Below the pieces are notes generated by a model. It had not been told where the DNA came from. It made no database searches and saw only the letters and a program-made list of their open reading frames with translations. Positions 1 to 9,420 of a DNA stretch of 64,000 nt are shown here, in pieces. Where the stretch lies: positions 17,021 through 81,020 of the forward strand of contig JBEKQZ010000001.1 of the NCBI GenBank assembly GCA_049519175.1. Reading direction: 5' to 3'. Position 1 is the first letter of the stretch; each line of letters begins with the position of its first letter. Position numbers and translations under genes: made by a program. The DNA comes from Candidatus Levyibacteriota bacterium. GTDB taxonomy: Bacteria > Patescibacteriota > Microgenomatia > Levybacterales > UBA12049.

Positions 1-1050
1 TATAAAACCGCCAGCGTTTACCCGTTTCTCTTTCAGCTGGTCTTTAACCGCGGCATAAATCTTAAGCAGACGACCGACAACCGGATTAATATCCTGCTTC
101 TTGGTATTGGGGGAGGGAGTCATGACGGCCCTAATTTGACCGATACAATAATTCTTGCAAGTTTGGATCAAAAGAATGATAAAGTAACTCTTGTTTCCAT
201 TCCCAGAGATCTTTGGTTTCCGGATATTAGTCAAAAAGTTAACGCAGCCTATGCAAATGGAGAAGCACGAAAAAAAGGAGACGGGTTAATAGAAGCTGAA
301 GCCGCGATGGAAAAAGTAACAGGGCAAAATATTGATTATGGGATAAGATTAGATTTTTCCGGTTTTGTTAAGTCAGTAGATATTGTTGGGGGTTTGGATA
401 TTAATGTAGATAATACTTTTGACGATTATCAATATCCGATTGACGGAAAAGAAGATGATTCCTGCGGACATACCCCGGCAGAATTACAGTCTTTAGCTAA
501 CACTCCCGAAGATCAACTTCCTCAAGTATTTCCTTGTAGATATCTACATGTCCATTTCAATAAAGGACTAAACCATATGGACGGACAGACTGCTCTTGAA
601 TTTGTCAGATCCAGGCATGCATCTCAAGCAATTGAAGCCAGCGATTTTGCTAGAAGTAAAAGACAGGAAAAAGTAATTAAGGCATTTAAAGACAAAGTGT
701 TATCGACGCAAACTTTAATCAACCCCGGGAAATTAATTGGCCTCTATAATACTTTGCAAACTAGTATCGACACCGATATTAAACAAGATGAATTCGACGA
801 CTTTATTCGGTTGGCCGAAAAAATGAGGAATGCCAAAATCCAAAGCGTCGTAATCGACCAGGGAGACGATACCGTTGGGCGTCCTGGTCTTTTAATCAAT
901 CCACCAATGACCAGCGACTATAATTATTTATGGACGTTGATTCCAAGAACGGGAAACGGAAATTTTGCCGAAATCCAAAACTATATCTCCTGCGAGATCG
1001 TCAAGGGAAATTGTGTAGTCTCTAAATCCCCCTCAGCGGCTTTCAAATAG
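1..1050 (+). CDS. LCP (LytR-CpsA-Psr) family glycopolymer ligase, 5'-truncated by the window edge
   Basis: The frame is open from base 1 (…RINILLLGIGGGSHDGPNLTDTIILAS…). Carries SIPRDL, ALEFVRSRH and SDFARSKRQ motifs typical of LCP proteins. Confidence 0.9.
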   Translation, partial: YKTASVYPFLFQLVFNRGINLKQTTDNRINILLLGIGGGSHDGPNLTDTIILASLDQKNDKVTLVSIPRDLWFPDISQKVNAAYANGEARKKGDGLIEAEAAMEKVTGQNIDYGIRLDFSGFVKSVDIVGGLDINVDNTFDDYQYPIDGKEDDSCGHTPAELQSLANTPEDQLPQVFPCRYLHVHFNKGLNHMDGQTALEFVRSRHASQAIEASDFARSKRQEKVIKAFKDKVLSTQTLINPGKLIGLYNTLQTSIDTDIKQDEFDDFIRLAEKMRNAKIQSVVIDQGDDTVGRPGLLINPPMTSDYNYLWTLIPRTGNGNFAEIQNYISCEIVKGNCVVSKSPSAAFK

Positions 1051-3172
1051 TGATTTTGTAAAGTCTTGTTTGCCCGCTTTCAAAAATAATTTTGCCAAGT
1101 TTTGCAAAAGTTTGTTCATTTAGATTAGGATATTTTTCTCTCTCCAGTTCGGAAACAACCACATAGGAAACATTATATTTTTTAAGCAAACTCTTTGCGA
1201 CAGAAAGATTTTGAGTAGTATATAAAGTTTGCACGTCGGCGATTCTTGGCGCGACAATGTCATAAGTTCCCCGCCAAAGCCATTCATGGACAGACCAACC
1301 GATGACTGTCGGCAGTCCGGTGTTGGCGGAAATTCTGGCGTAATCGGTATATGAGTCTCCGCTTGCTTCCAGAATCACGGGTTGCCCCTGGATATTTGCA
1401 TTTAGCCAATTTATCAGTTTATAGTCATTCGGATACAAAGTGGAGAGATAGGTTATCCCGTCCAGACTTTTATTTTTGGTTTGCAAGTTGTTGTAGTACG
1501 AGTTAATGGCAAAAACCGGATAAAGTATTAAAACCAAAGAAAGAAGCATTAAACTTACTAGAGAAAAGGGGATTAAAATTCTCTTTCTTTTTATGCCGGA
1601 AATTAATTTTACTAAGATATATCCGGAGGATAAAGAAAGCAAGATAAACGCTTCGTAAACCAGTTTAAACATTGTATTAGCGCGGTAATAATCCGGATAG
1701 ATATCTTTAACATAAATAAATTCGGGAATTAAAATTAAGATTGTCGATAAGGAAATTAACATTAAAACGAAGATATCATTTCTGGTGAATGTGTATTTTT
1801 TCTTAAATTTAAGGAAAAATAAAAATGAAACAACAAAGAAGTAGAAAAAACCATAGAGTAGAACAAATTGCCAAAAAGGCGTTCTCTGACAATGGTTGGT
1901 TTCAAAAAGAAAAGGTCCAAGTCTGCCGATGTTAGTTAGAAATGACGGAGCGCACAAAACGCCGATGCCCGAAACAAAAGGTTTAAAGTTAAGGCTAAAA
2001 GGTAAGGAGAAAACTATAAATCCGAAAAATATGATTAAGCTTTGTTTTAACAGCTGGTAAAAGGAATGCTGCGAAAAAAGCCAACGCTGTTCTTTGTAAA
2101 AATTGGAGACAAAAAGAAGCATCAATGTCAGTAAGAAATAGATCGGACCATCCCAAGCGTTAGTCATATACATTATGGCAAAAAGAAAGGCCAGAAGAAT
2201 TAAATTCCAGGTAAATATCTTTTTATTATTCAAAAGGACAAAAATAACCAAAATTGTTAAAAGAACAAAAGGAATGTCTAGGACATGTCCGTGCAAATCG
2301 GAGACAACAAAAGAATAAATGGGGAATTCGTGAATAGTATGGTAGATAAATCTGGTAGCGTTAGGATACCAGTAGCTATTCGGAAAGCTGAAAGGTAAAA
2401 AGGGCAATTGCCAAAAAGGAATTGGGCTATCCGCGGGAGTGTATGGCTTAAAAAAAGCGTAAATGGTGGTGAGGTTTCCGCCTAAGGTTACCAAAAGCGC
2501 GGGGATTAAACCGGCAATAACAGACTTGATAGAAACATTAATCTTCGCAAACAGGTTTGTACCGATCGAAAATGCGGCGGTAAACGTCAGAGCAAAAAGA
2601 GTAGCCAACATCAAATTATAGGTAATAAAGGAAGGAAGAAAACTCAACTTTGTCAAAACGGCAGTAACCAAATGCCCAAAGAAATAATAGTTAATGGCCA
2701 AAGGGGCATACCACATATCTTTAGGAGGGAAGTAGCTACTGCGAAGAATGGAATTTAAAAATCCAAAATCCATAAACTTTTCCAGTCCATGAATGTCGGG
2801 ATTATTAGCTCTAACATATGACCAACAAATGAGTCCTGCTAAAAAGATTACTTCTTCGAGTAAAAACATTCTGACATTTTTTTTCAAGATTGGCAGCAAA
2901 TGTTTTTTCTTCATAATAAAGACGCCGTAATTTATCAAGAAAAAGATAATTACAGATAAGAACACCGAAAATTCGGAGAACGGAAGAATTTTTAGAGTCC
3001 CCATCAAGAAGACAAAATAAGAAACTATTGCAATGCCGATTATTTTTGCAAAAATATAACCTTTATCTTTAAGCTCTGCAAAAACCGAAAACGTTAATGG
3101 AAGAAATGCCGTTCCGACCAAAAAGAAAACCAAGAACCATTTTAAAACATCTGTAATATCCGAAACTGACAT
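1043..3172 (-). CDS. DUF2298/YYY-type polytopic membrane protein, probable GT-C glycosyltransferase
   Basis: Many TM segments; EKFMDFGF, INYYFFGH, TIHEFP..SF...DLHGH, NTMFK and GW..HE..WR motifs. Confidence 0.75.
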   Translation of the reverse strand: MSVSDITDVLKWFLVFFLVGTAFLPLTFSVFAELKDKGYIFAKIIGIAIVSYFVFLMGTLKILPFSEFSVFLSVIIFFLINYGVFIMKKKHLLPILKKNVRMFLLEEVIFLAGLICWSYVRANNPDIHGLEKFMDFGFLNSILRSSYFPPKDMWYAPLAINYYFFGHLVTAVLTKLSFLPSFITYNLMLATLFALTFTAAFSIGTNLFAKINVSIKSVIAGLIPALLVTLGGNLTTIYAFFKPYTPADSPIPFWQLPFLPFSFPNSYWYPNATRFIYHTIHEFPIYSFVVSDLHGHVLDIPFVLLTILVIFVLLNNKKIFTWNLILLAFLFAIMYMTNAWDGPIYFLLTLMLLFVSNFYKEQRWLFSQHSFYQLLKQSLIIFFGFIVFSLPFSLNFKPFVSGIGVLCAPSFLTNIGRLGPFLFETNHCQRTPFWQFVLLYGFFYFFVVSFLFFLKFKKKYTFTRNDIFVLMLISLSTILILIPEFIYVKDIYPDYYRANTMFKLVYEAFILLSLSSGYILVKLISGIKRKRILIPFSLVSLMLLSLVLILYPVFAINSYYNNLQTKNKSLDGITYLSTLYPNDYKLINWLNANIQGQPVILEASGDSYTDYARISANTGLPTVIGWSVHEWLWRGTYDIVAPRIADVQTLYTTQNLSVAKSLLKKYNVSYVVVSELEREKYPNLNEQTFAKLGKIIFESGQTRLYKITI

Positions 3173-3189
3173 AAGCTATTTTAGCAATT

Positions 3190-4848
3190 TTACTCTTTAT
3201 TTAAAATTTGTGTCAATTGCTGTGCGTTAAAATGCCCAATGTTTTTAAAAATTATAACTTTTGGATGATCGTAAACTTGGAATGTTTCCTCACTGGCGTC
3301 ATCATTAATTGTTAAACCGAAAATAGCAGGATAAGAAGTAAATTGCGCTACTTCCCGATAGCCTAATTTACCGGCAAATAATAATTTATAATATTTGCTG
3401 GTAATCGGATATTTATCGGTAAGATGAATTAAAGTTCCGTAAAGACGGCGACTATTAAAAATCAAATAACTGGAGCTACTTAAGTTTGCCGCTAAATATT
3501 CAACTTTTGCTGCATTATCGGCATCATACATTGCCAGCGACGTAATTTGGTATTGGCTAGGACTAAATTCCGCGATTGGAATCGGTAAACCATCATCCCA
3601 CTGCTCATTCAAAATTTTTGTCCCATAAGGAATAGTTTGGTAGATCCATTCGGATGCCAGGATTCTGGTCTGGGGTCTGGTATAAATTGAAAAAAATGCC
3701 AGGGCCCAAACTACAGTGGCCGTAACCGTGCCGAAAATTAATAAGTTTCCCAATAATTTCAGTTTCAATCTTATTCTCATTAGTAAAATTGCCGCTGAAA
3801 CCAAAAGGAACGGAATTATGGGAATCATATAGCGAACAAATTTGGTATGCCAAGAGCCGACGTAGAGAAAATAAATCAAAGGAAGCACTAAAAATACTAA
3901 AAGTTGTTTATCGCGCTTTTGAAGCGCTTCAAAGATAACAAAAACAAAACCGAAAATACAAAAAATTGCCGCTAGGCCGATTTGCCAGAAGAAATTATAA
4001 ATTTGAAAAAGATAGGGAATAGTATGGTCAAACTGCAAAGTATAAACGACCGGCAAAGAGCCGGTGGCAACTCCGGATTCATAGACCATTGATTCCATAA
4101 ATTTGCCAAAGTCAAGAAAGGTAAAGGGAGAAAAGATTGCAAAGACTGTAAAAGAGATTAACAAAAAGGCAATAATGTGAAGAATGATTTTTTTGAATTC
4201 ATGTTTTTTCCCAATCGTTGTCAGTAAATAAGCAAGGATTGGCATGACAATAAAAATTATCGCCGATGTTTTTGAAGCAATTCCTATCCCAAAAATAATG
4301 CCCAAAATTAATGTTATCAACCAACGGGATTTCTCTAAAAACAAAATTGAAAGAAGACAGAGTAAAACTCCAATCAAAGTGATTAAGCTTTCGGTGACTC
4401 CGAAATGAGCAGTTTGGATAGAAGTGACGGTAAAAGCGTATAAAATAATTGACAAGAAAGCAGTTTTCTTATCCGAAATTTTTTTGGCAAGAAAATATAA
4501 GGGAATTATTGTCAGCGTTGAAAATAGAGCGGAAAAAAATCGACCAATAAGATTAATGTTGGCCCAATTAGTTGTCCAACCGGCGTTTTTGGTTATAAAA
4601 GAAAGCGAATCTCCCGCCAGACGATAGAGATAAATGGAAAAACCGCCATAAGCAAAAAAATGCGGATTTAATTGCGAAAAAAAATGTATCTGTGAAACTG
4701 CGTTGGCGATATTTCTTTCGTCCGGATGGAAATAATTTCCCATGTCCCAGTTCAAATTATAAAAACGGAAAATTCCCGCCAAAAATGTTAAAGCAAGGAA
4801 GAAAAATAAGGTATTAAATTTTTTATCCAGGATTATTCTTTTAAACAT
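3190..4848 (-). CDS. ArnT/PMT-family (GT-C) glycosyltransferase
   Basis: RFYNLNWD..FHPDE acidic first-loop motif, about 11 TM helices, C-terminal EETFQVYDHP. Confidence 0.8.
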   Translation of the reverse strand: MFKRIILDKKFNTLFFFLALTFLAGIFRFYNLNWDMGNYFHPDERNIANAVSQIHFFSQLNPHFFAYGGFSIYLYRLAGDSLSFITKNAGWTTNWANINLIGRFFSALFSTLTIIPLYFLAKKISDKKTAFLSIILYAFTVTSIQTAHFGVTESLITLIGVLLCLLSILFLEKSRWLITLILGIIFGIGIASKTSAIIFIVMPILAYLLTTIGKKHEFKKIILHIIAFLLISFTVFAIFSPFTFLDFGKFMESMVYESGVATGSLPVVYTLQFDHTIPYLFQIYNFFWQIGLAAIFCIFGFVFVIFEALQKRDKQLLVFLVLPLIYFLYVGSWHTKFVRYMIPIIPFLLVSAAILLMRIRLKLKLLGNLLIFGTVTATVVWALAFFSIYTRPQTRILASEWIYQTIPYGTKILNEQWDDGLPIPIAEFSPSQYQITSLAMYDADNAAKVEYLAANLSSSSYLIFNSRRLYGTLIHLTDKYPITSKYYKLLFAGKLGYREVAQFTSYPAIFGLTINDDASEETFQVYDHPKVIIFKNIGHFNAQQLTQILNKE

Positions 4849-6127
4849 CTGTAAAAATTTCCCTCACAACTTTTTGTCCGTATTCAACAGCGTAATTTGT
4901 ACCTCTGTCCCAAGGATAAACTTGTTCCATGTTGGCCAAAAAAACATTTTTCATGGGAGTTCTAAATGGAGGAACTAACTTCGAATAATTGGTTAGAATA
5001 ATTGACTGGGCAAAAGGTGTCTTAAAAAGAGAATAGTCTATTAAGTTTTTTTTGTAGTTGGGATTCATTTTTAACAGGAATGGATGAAATAGTTTTAGAG
5101 TTTCCTCTTTTGTCATGGAGAAACGTTTTGAATCTTGGGGTAAATAATTGCCAAGATAGAGAAGGGACTCATTGTTATAATTTTTTTTGTCCATAAAATT
5201 TGTGTGTTCAACGACAGCCATAATGGGATTATTTGGGTCACAGATATTAAGCCAATATGTGTTGTCTGTTAAAAAAGGTTTGGTAAGTCTTAAAATCAGA
5301 TTTGTGGCTCCGAGACTTTTTAAATTTCCCAGACTTTTCCTATAATCTTTTGGAAGACTTGGCGCTATCTGCAAGAAGATAGTAGAGGGAACGGTGACGA
5401 TAACTTTATCGAACAATCCTTTTTTAGTTTTCCCGTTTTTGTTTTTAATTGTTAATAATATTTTGTCATCTTCTTCAAGTTCGGTAATTTCCGTCTCAAG
5501 CAAAACTTTACCGCCCTTTTTTTCTATTTCGTTTGTTATTTTTTTTGCAAAGTTTAAAAAACCTCCCTCGGGGTAAGCAAGAGTTGGGGTTCTTTTTATA
5601 ATTCTGGCCCAAAACCAAGCAAGAGAAATATTATTAGAATAAGGGCCGAATTTATTTTTAAAAAGAGGTTCCCAGATCATCCGGTATCCTTTTTCCCCCA
5701 TAGCTTTAGGTAAAAAACTTGCGGCATTAATCTTTTCAAGGGGTTTCCAAATAGGATTATAACGAAGAAATCCAACTGCAAGCCCCATACGCATGCGTTC
5801 TATTAAAGAAAGCTTAGGGAACAAAAGCACGCTCTTTGGAGAATCAAACTGAAAACTTTTTCCATTTACATATACAGAAGTTTTAGGCCGTTTAATTAAT
5901 ACATTTTGTCCAACTGCTTTAGCCAAATTCAAGATGAACTTATCATTTGTAAACCAATGATGATAGTGTTGTTCTAAGTTCCAATCCCATCCTGACTCTT
6001 TAAACCCGAGCACAAGACCACCGGGTATTTTTTCTTTCTCAAATACAATAACTTCATGGTCTTTTTTTAAGAGTTCAAGAGTAGCCGAGAGGCCGGTAAA
6101 GCCGGCGCCGATTATTGCAATTTTCAT
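4841..6127 (-). CDS. FAD-dependent oxidoreductase (amine oxidase/protoporphyrinogen-oxidase-like fold)
   Basis: N-terminal IAIIGAGFTGL…VFEKE…GG dinucleotide-binding fold; EQHYHH and YPWDRGTNYAV motifs. Confidence 0.8.
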   Translation of the reverse strand: MKIAIIGAGFTGLSATLELLKKDHEVIVFEKEKIPGGLVLGFKESGWDWNLEQHYHHWFTNDKFILNLAKAVGQNVLIKRPKTSVYVNGKSFQFDSPKSVLLFPKLSLIERMRMGLAVGFLRYNPIWKPLEKINAASFLPKAMGEKGYRMIWEPLFKNKFGPYSNNISLAWFWARIIKRTPTLAYPEGGFLNFAKKITNEIEKKGGKVLLETEITELEEDDKILLTIKNKNGKTKKGLFDKVIVTVPSTIFLQIAPSLPKDYRKSLGNLKSLGATNLILRLTKPFLTDNTYWLNICDPNNPIMAVVEHTNFMDKKNYNNESLLYLGNYLPQDSKRFSMTKEETLKLFHPFLLKMNPNYKKNLIDYSLFKTPFAQSIILTNYSKLVPPFRTPMKNVFLANMEQVYPWDRGTNYAVEYGQKVVREIFTDV

Positions 6128-7548
6128 AGAGCGGAAATGCCGCCGTGGGACAGAAGAAAAAGAAGTCCACCTGTTAATGTGACTATAACGCCGACAATTC
6201 CAACTGTGATTATAGAAGGATTCCCGGTTGGGGGCAATAGTTTACCGGTTGGGCTAATTATAATCCCCCCTTTAGTTTCTGTTTGAGCAGGCGAAATCGT
6301 TGGCGTCGTGGTCTTAAATGGCGCGGAAGTTACTGTTGGCGTTACGGTTGGAGACAAAATTACCGTTGGCGTGACCTTTGGCGTTAGTGTTGGACTTGGT
6401 GTTAAGATAACGCTTGGTGTTGGTGTCACGGATGGCGCTGGCGGATTAGTTTGTTGCCCCGCGGCATAAACCACAAAGGACTGAGTAATAGTTTGTAAAA
6501 TTCCAGAAGCATTTTTGGTAGTAATGGCAATGGTATGATTCCCGGGCGTTAGCGGAGTGGTTGGCCGATAACTCCAATCTCCGTTGCTGTCGGTGGTGAC
6601 ACTGGTTTCTACCGGAGTGTCCGAGTGGATGACAATGTCAACATTTTGTTCGGGTAAGCCGGTGCCTTTAAATAAAGGTTGTTGGTCGGTAAAGCTCTGG
6701 TTTTCTTTGGGCGTCAGTATCTCAGGAGCTGGTGATTGCGCCGAAGCAGTACTTTCAAATGACGGAAAACTCTCCAAACTTACAGGAACAGTAATTGGGG
6801 ACTGGCCGGTTGTAAAATCGTAGTTTTTAGAAAGCGTAATTGTCGGTACAGGATGAATTTGGCTAAATGACAGCGAAGCATTGGATGAAAGTGAATTGCC
6901 TATCGCCAGAATTTTTACGCCGGCATCTTGGGGGAAAGCATAGTAAGTAGAATTATCACCGGTTCTTAAAGAATTAAGCGGTAAAATGTAGCTCCCGTCA
7001 GATTTAACTAAAGTCGAAATTACTTGTGCGCCATCCATAGTGACATACACTAGCGCTTCGCTTGGCGCTGTTCCGTCGGGAAGAATTATGTTGCCCGTTA
7101 TCGGTGCCTGGCCCGGCGGATTTGCTAAGGCCGGACCCGTCGTAACCGTAAAAGGCTGACCGTTGTTTGAGTAGCTATCTTGTCCGCTGGTAATTGTAAA
7201 AAAGTATTGCGTCTGTTGGGACAAACGCTGGACGGTAATGTTATGAATATTATAATTTGCCAAATTGCCGCTTTGTTGGTCCCTGTCATCTAATGCCGAT
7301 TGTCCAAGACTCTGGTCTTTTCCGTAATTTAGAGAACCCGGCACCTGAGTATTTGTTGAATAAGAAACGGTAAAAGAAGTGTCGGTAATGTTAGTGATAC
7401 GGACATCGTTGGGCTGGTTGGAAAGGCTGGCATTTGATTTAAAGAGCGTACTTTGATTAGCCAAAAAAGTGGTTACGCCAACGCCAATAACGATAATAAG
7501 AATACCTAAAATGGTCGGAATTTTTTTGTTCCAAAAACTTTCTCTCAT
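6124..7548 (-). CDS. Surface protein: N-terminal TM, FN3/Ig-like domains, Thr/Pro linker, LPPTG plus C-terminal TM
   Basis: VRITNITDTSFTVSY…HNITVQRL FN3-like segment; Big-like DSNGDWSYRPTTPLTPGNHTI; LPPTG at 6223-6237 followed by a hydrophobic stretch. Confidence 0.75.
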   Translation of the reverse strand: MRESFWNKKIPTILGILIIVIGVGVTTFLANQSTLFKSNASLSNQPNDVRITNITDTSFTVSYSTNTQVPGSLNYGKDQSLGQSALDDRDQQSGNLANYNIHNITVQRLSQQTQYFFTITSGQDSYSNNGQPFTVTTGPALANPPGQAPITGNIILPDGTAPSEALVYVTMDGAQVISTLVKSDGSYILPLNSLRTGDNSTYYAFPQDAGVKILAIGNSLSSNASLSFSQIHPVPTITLSKNYDFTTGQSPITVPVSLESFPSFESTASAQSPAPEILTPKENQSFTDQQPLFKGTGLPEQNVDIVIHSDTPVETSVTTDSNGDWSYRPTTPLTPGNHTIAITTKNASGILQTITQSFVVYAAGQQTNPPAPSVTPTPSVILTPSPTLTPKVTPTVILSPTVTPTVTSAPFKTTTPTISPAQTETKGGIIISPTGKLLPPTGNPSIITVGIVGVIVTLTGGLLFLLSHGGISAL

Positions 7549-7886
7549 GGTGTTAAGCTCCCTTCGGTTGTTGCTTGTAGATTGCTTGTCGAATTTCCAC
7601 TTGGAACAGGTGTTGGTGTAACGATTACCGGACTGGCGGACGGTGAAGCGGGAACAGTAACATTTTGCACTGGGACACTTAATTCATAAATTGGCGAAAC
7701 TTTTTCTCTGTTTTTTAAGCTATCAATAACACCGGTGTCAAAGTTTGGCGTTATCGGTTCAATCTGCACGCTTAAAGGGACAGAAATGGTCGAGGTAATA
7801 ATATTATGATAAATACTAAAGCCAATCCAAAGAATGGCAAAAATAAACAATGGGACAAGAATTAATAAAATATCATTTCGTTTCAT
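7545..7886 (-). CDS. Small bitopic membrane protein, at the PilP position of the pilNO cluster
   Basis: N-terminal TM and Pro/Ser/Thr-rich tail; ATGA overlap with the downstream gene. Confidence 0.6.
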   Translation of the reverse strand: MKRNDILLILVPLFIFAILWIGFSIYHNIITSTISVPLSVQIEPITPNFDTGVIDSLKNREKVSPIYELSVPVQNVTVPASPSASPVIVTPTPVPSGNSTSNLQATTEGSLTP

Positions 7887-7887
7887 T

Positions 7888-8487
7888 TTATTGTTTAAAG
7901 AAAACTGTGCCGTTAAGACTTAATTGCAAATTGCCATTTTCGGTTGACAAAATTATCGCTTTTAAAGCCACCACTCTTTGAAAATTGGCGATTTGACTCA
8001 AAAAATTGAGAATATTTGGATAGGTTCCTGTAGCGGTGATCGTAAAATCAAAAGAAGATTGTTTTTGAGAGGATGATTGTAAAAGGGTAACTTCCGAGAT
8101 TTGGAAACTGGTAAGTGTCAAAGATGTGCTGTTGGCGATAGATTGCGCTTCCGCCACGAAAAGTGGGATTTGTGTTGTGGTGGGGACTGCGTCATTAACA
8201 ATTGGGAGATCGGGCGAAAGATTAGTATATTGCTGTTGCAAGATAGCTAGGTCGTTTATTTTTTGCTGCAGCTTTTGCTGGACAAAATTACTGTCATCAA
8301 TTTGTTTTTGCAGATTAGCAATGGTCGAAAAAGTCGGATTAATGGCAAAAAGACCAAGTATAATGGCCGTAACTAGAGTTAGAACAATGGTGATATATTT
8401 TTGCGTCTTTTCCTGTTTAAGATCCGGAATTAACGCCAAATATTTTTCATATTGTTCTTTTTTTATGGCTTTAATTTGCAGACGCAT
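7888..8487 (-). CDS. pilO: Type IV pilus assembly protein PilO-like
   Basis: TM, coiled coil, then ferredoxin-like FTITATGTYPNILNFLSQIANFQRVV; adjacent to pilN-like gene. Confidence 0.75.
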   Translation of the reverse strand: MRLQIKAIKKEQYEKYLALIPDLKQEKTQKYITIVLTLVTAIILGLFAINPTFSTIANLQKQIDDSNFVQQKLQQKINDLAILQQQYTNLSPDLPIVNDAVPTTTQIPLFVAEAQSIANSTSLTLTSFQISEVTLLQSSSQKQSSFDFTITATGTYPNILNFLSQIANFQRVVALKAIILSTENGNLQLSLNGTVFFKQ

Positions 8488-9031
8488 TTATTCCTCCTTG
8501 TCCTTTAAGATTAGCTGTAATTCCAACGGTAATAGTCGCTTTGGCGGTATCGTTTTGGATTTTGTCTAGACTGACACTATCAATGGCAGGATAGGCTTTT
8601 AATTTATCGATAAAATCAGAAAGGGCAGTAACCGAATTAACGGTGGCGGCGATTTGCGCTTGAGTTGGAGATAAATCAAGGGTTGTATAGGTAACTCCGC
8701 TTGGTGTCAAAGCAACAATGTCCTTAAATACTTTCAAGTTTTGCGTGGAAGCTTTGGAAACGGAAGAAATTAACGCTAACCGGTCTTGTAAATTTCGGTA
8801 TTTGCTTTCGCTAGCGCTTTGATAGGCAACAATTGCCTGCTCTTGTTTTACTTTTGTGCGTAAATCCTGGAGCTGGTTGTCAAGCGAAAAACGGTATAAA
8901 AAAGCGCCAAGCGCCACCAGTTCGACAAGAATTACTAGGGCCCGGCCAATAGTTAATACCCAGGAAACAATCAAATCTAGCGTTTTATTCTTATTTTCCA
9001 ATAAATTAATAGAGGCAGAAAACTTCGCCAT
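8471..9031 (-). CDS. pilN: Type IV pilus assembly protein PilN-like
   Basis: N-terminal INLL motif, TM, coiled coil, then TPSGV…ALSDFIDKLK. Confidence 0.7.
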   Translation of the reverse strand: MAKFSASINLLENKNKTLDLIVSWVLTIGRALVILVELVALGAFLYRFSLDNQLQDLRTKVKQEQAIVAYQSASESKYRNLQDRLALISSVSKASTQNLKVFKDIVALTPSGVTYTTLDLSPTQAQIAATVNSVTALSDFIDKLKAYPAIDSVSLDKIQNDTAKATITVGITANLKGQGGINASAN

Positions 9032-9081
9032 ACTAACTTTAGTCTATTGGTTTTTGAGGCTTTTGTCAAAGAAGAAATGAG

Positions 9082-9381
9082 CTATTTTTTGGTTTTGAGC
9101 TGTTTCTTTTTCACGACTGTCTTTTTAACAACTTTGGCTTTTGTGGTCGATTTGGATAGCTTACTAAGTCTTGATTTAATTCTGGCGGCTTTGTTTTTGT
9201 GGATTAAGCCTTTTTTAACCGCCTTATCAACCAAAGAAACGGCTCGCCTGACTTTTTCTGCGGTTTTGCTTTTTACCGCTTCTTTAACAGCGTCTTTAAA
9301 GGTTTCCCTTTGAAAATCATTTCTTTTTCGCCTTTTTTTATCCTGTCTCAATTTCTTTTTGGCTGATTTTATTACTGGCAT
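9082..9381 (-). CDS. rpsT: 30S ribosomal protein S20
   Basis: KSAKKKLRQ…RN and DKAVKKGLIHKNKAARIKSRL. Confidence 0.97.
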   Translation of the reverse strand: MPVIKSAKKKLRQDKKRRKRNDFQRETFKDAVKEAVKSKTAEKVRRAVSLVDKAVKKGLIHKNKAARIKSRLSKLSKSTTKAKVVKKTVVKKKQLKTKK

Positions 9382-9387
9382 GCGGGT

Positions 9388-9405
9388 ATTTTAGCATGCT
9401 ATACT
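9388..9405. promoter_or_regulatory. Back-to-back extended -10 promoters for rpsT (-) and murJ (+)
   Basis: Minus strand TGcTAAAAT (9396-9388); plus strand TGcTATACT (9397-9405). Confidence 0.55.
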
Positions 9406-9420
9406 GTAAAAAACAACAAT

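Noticed and set aside
6290-6440. Repeated GTTGGCGT-like units (also at 13335-13390) as a possible CRISPR or DNA repeat
   Set aside because: Explained by Thr-Pro codons in protein linkers; no constant repeat-spacer structure and no cas genes.
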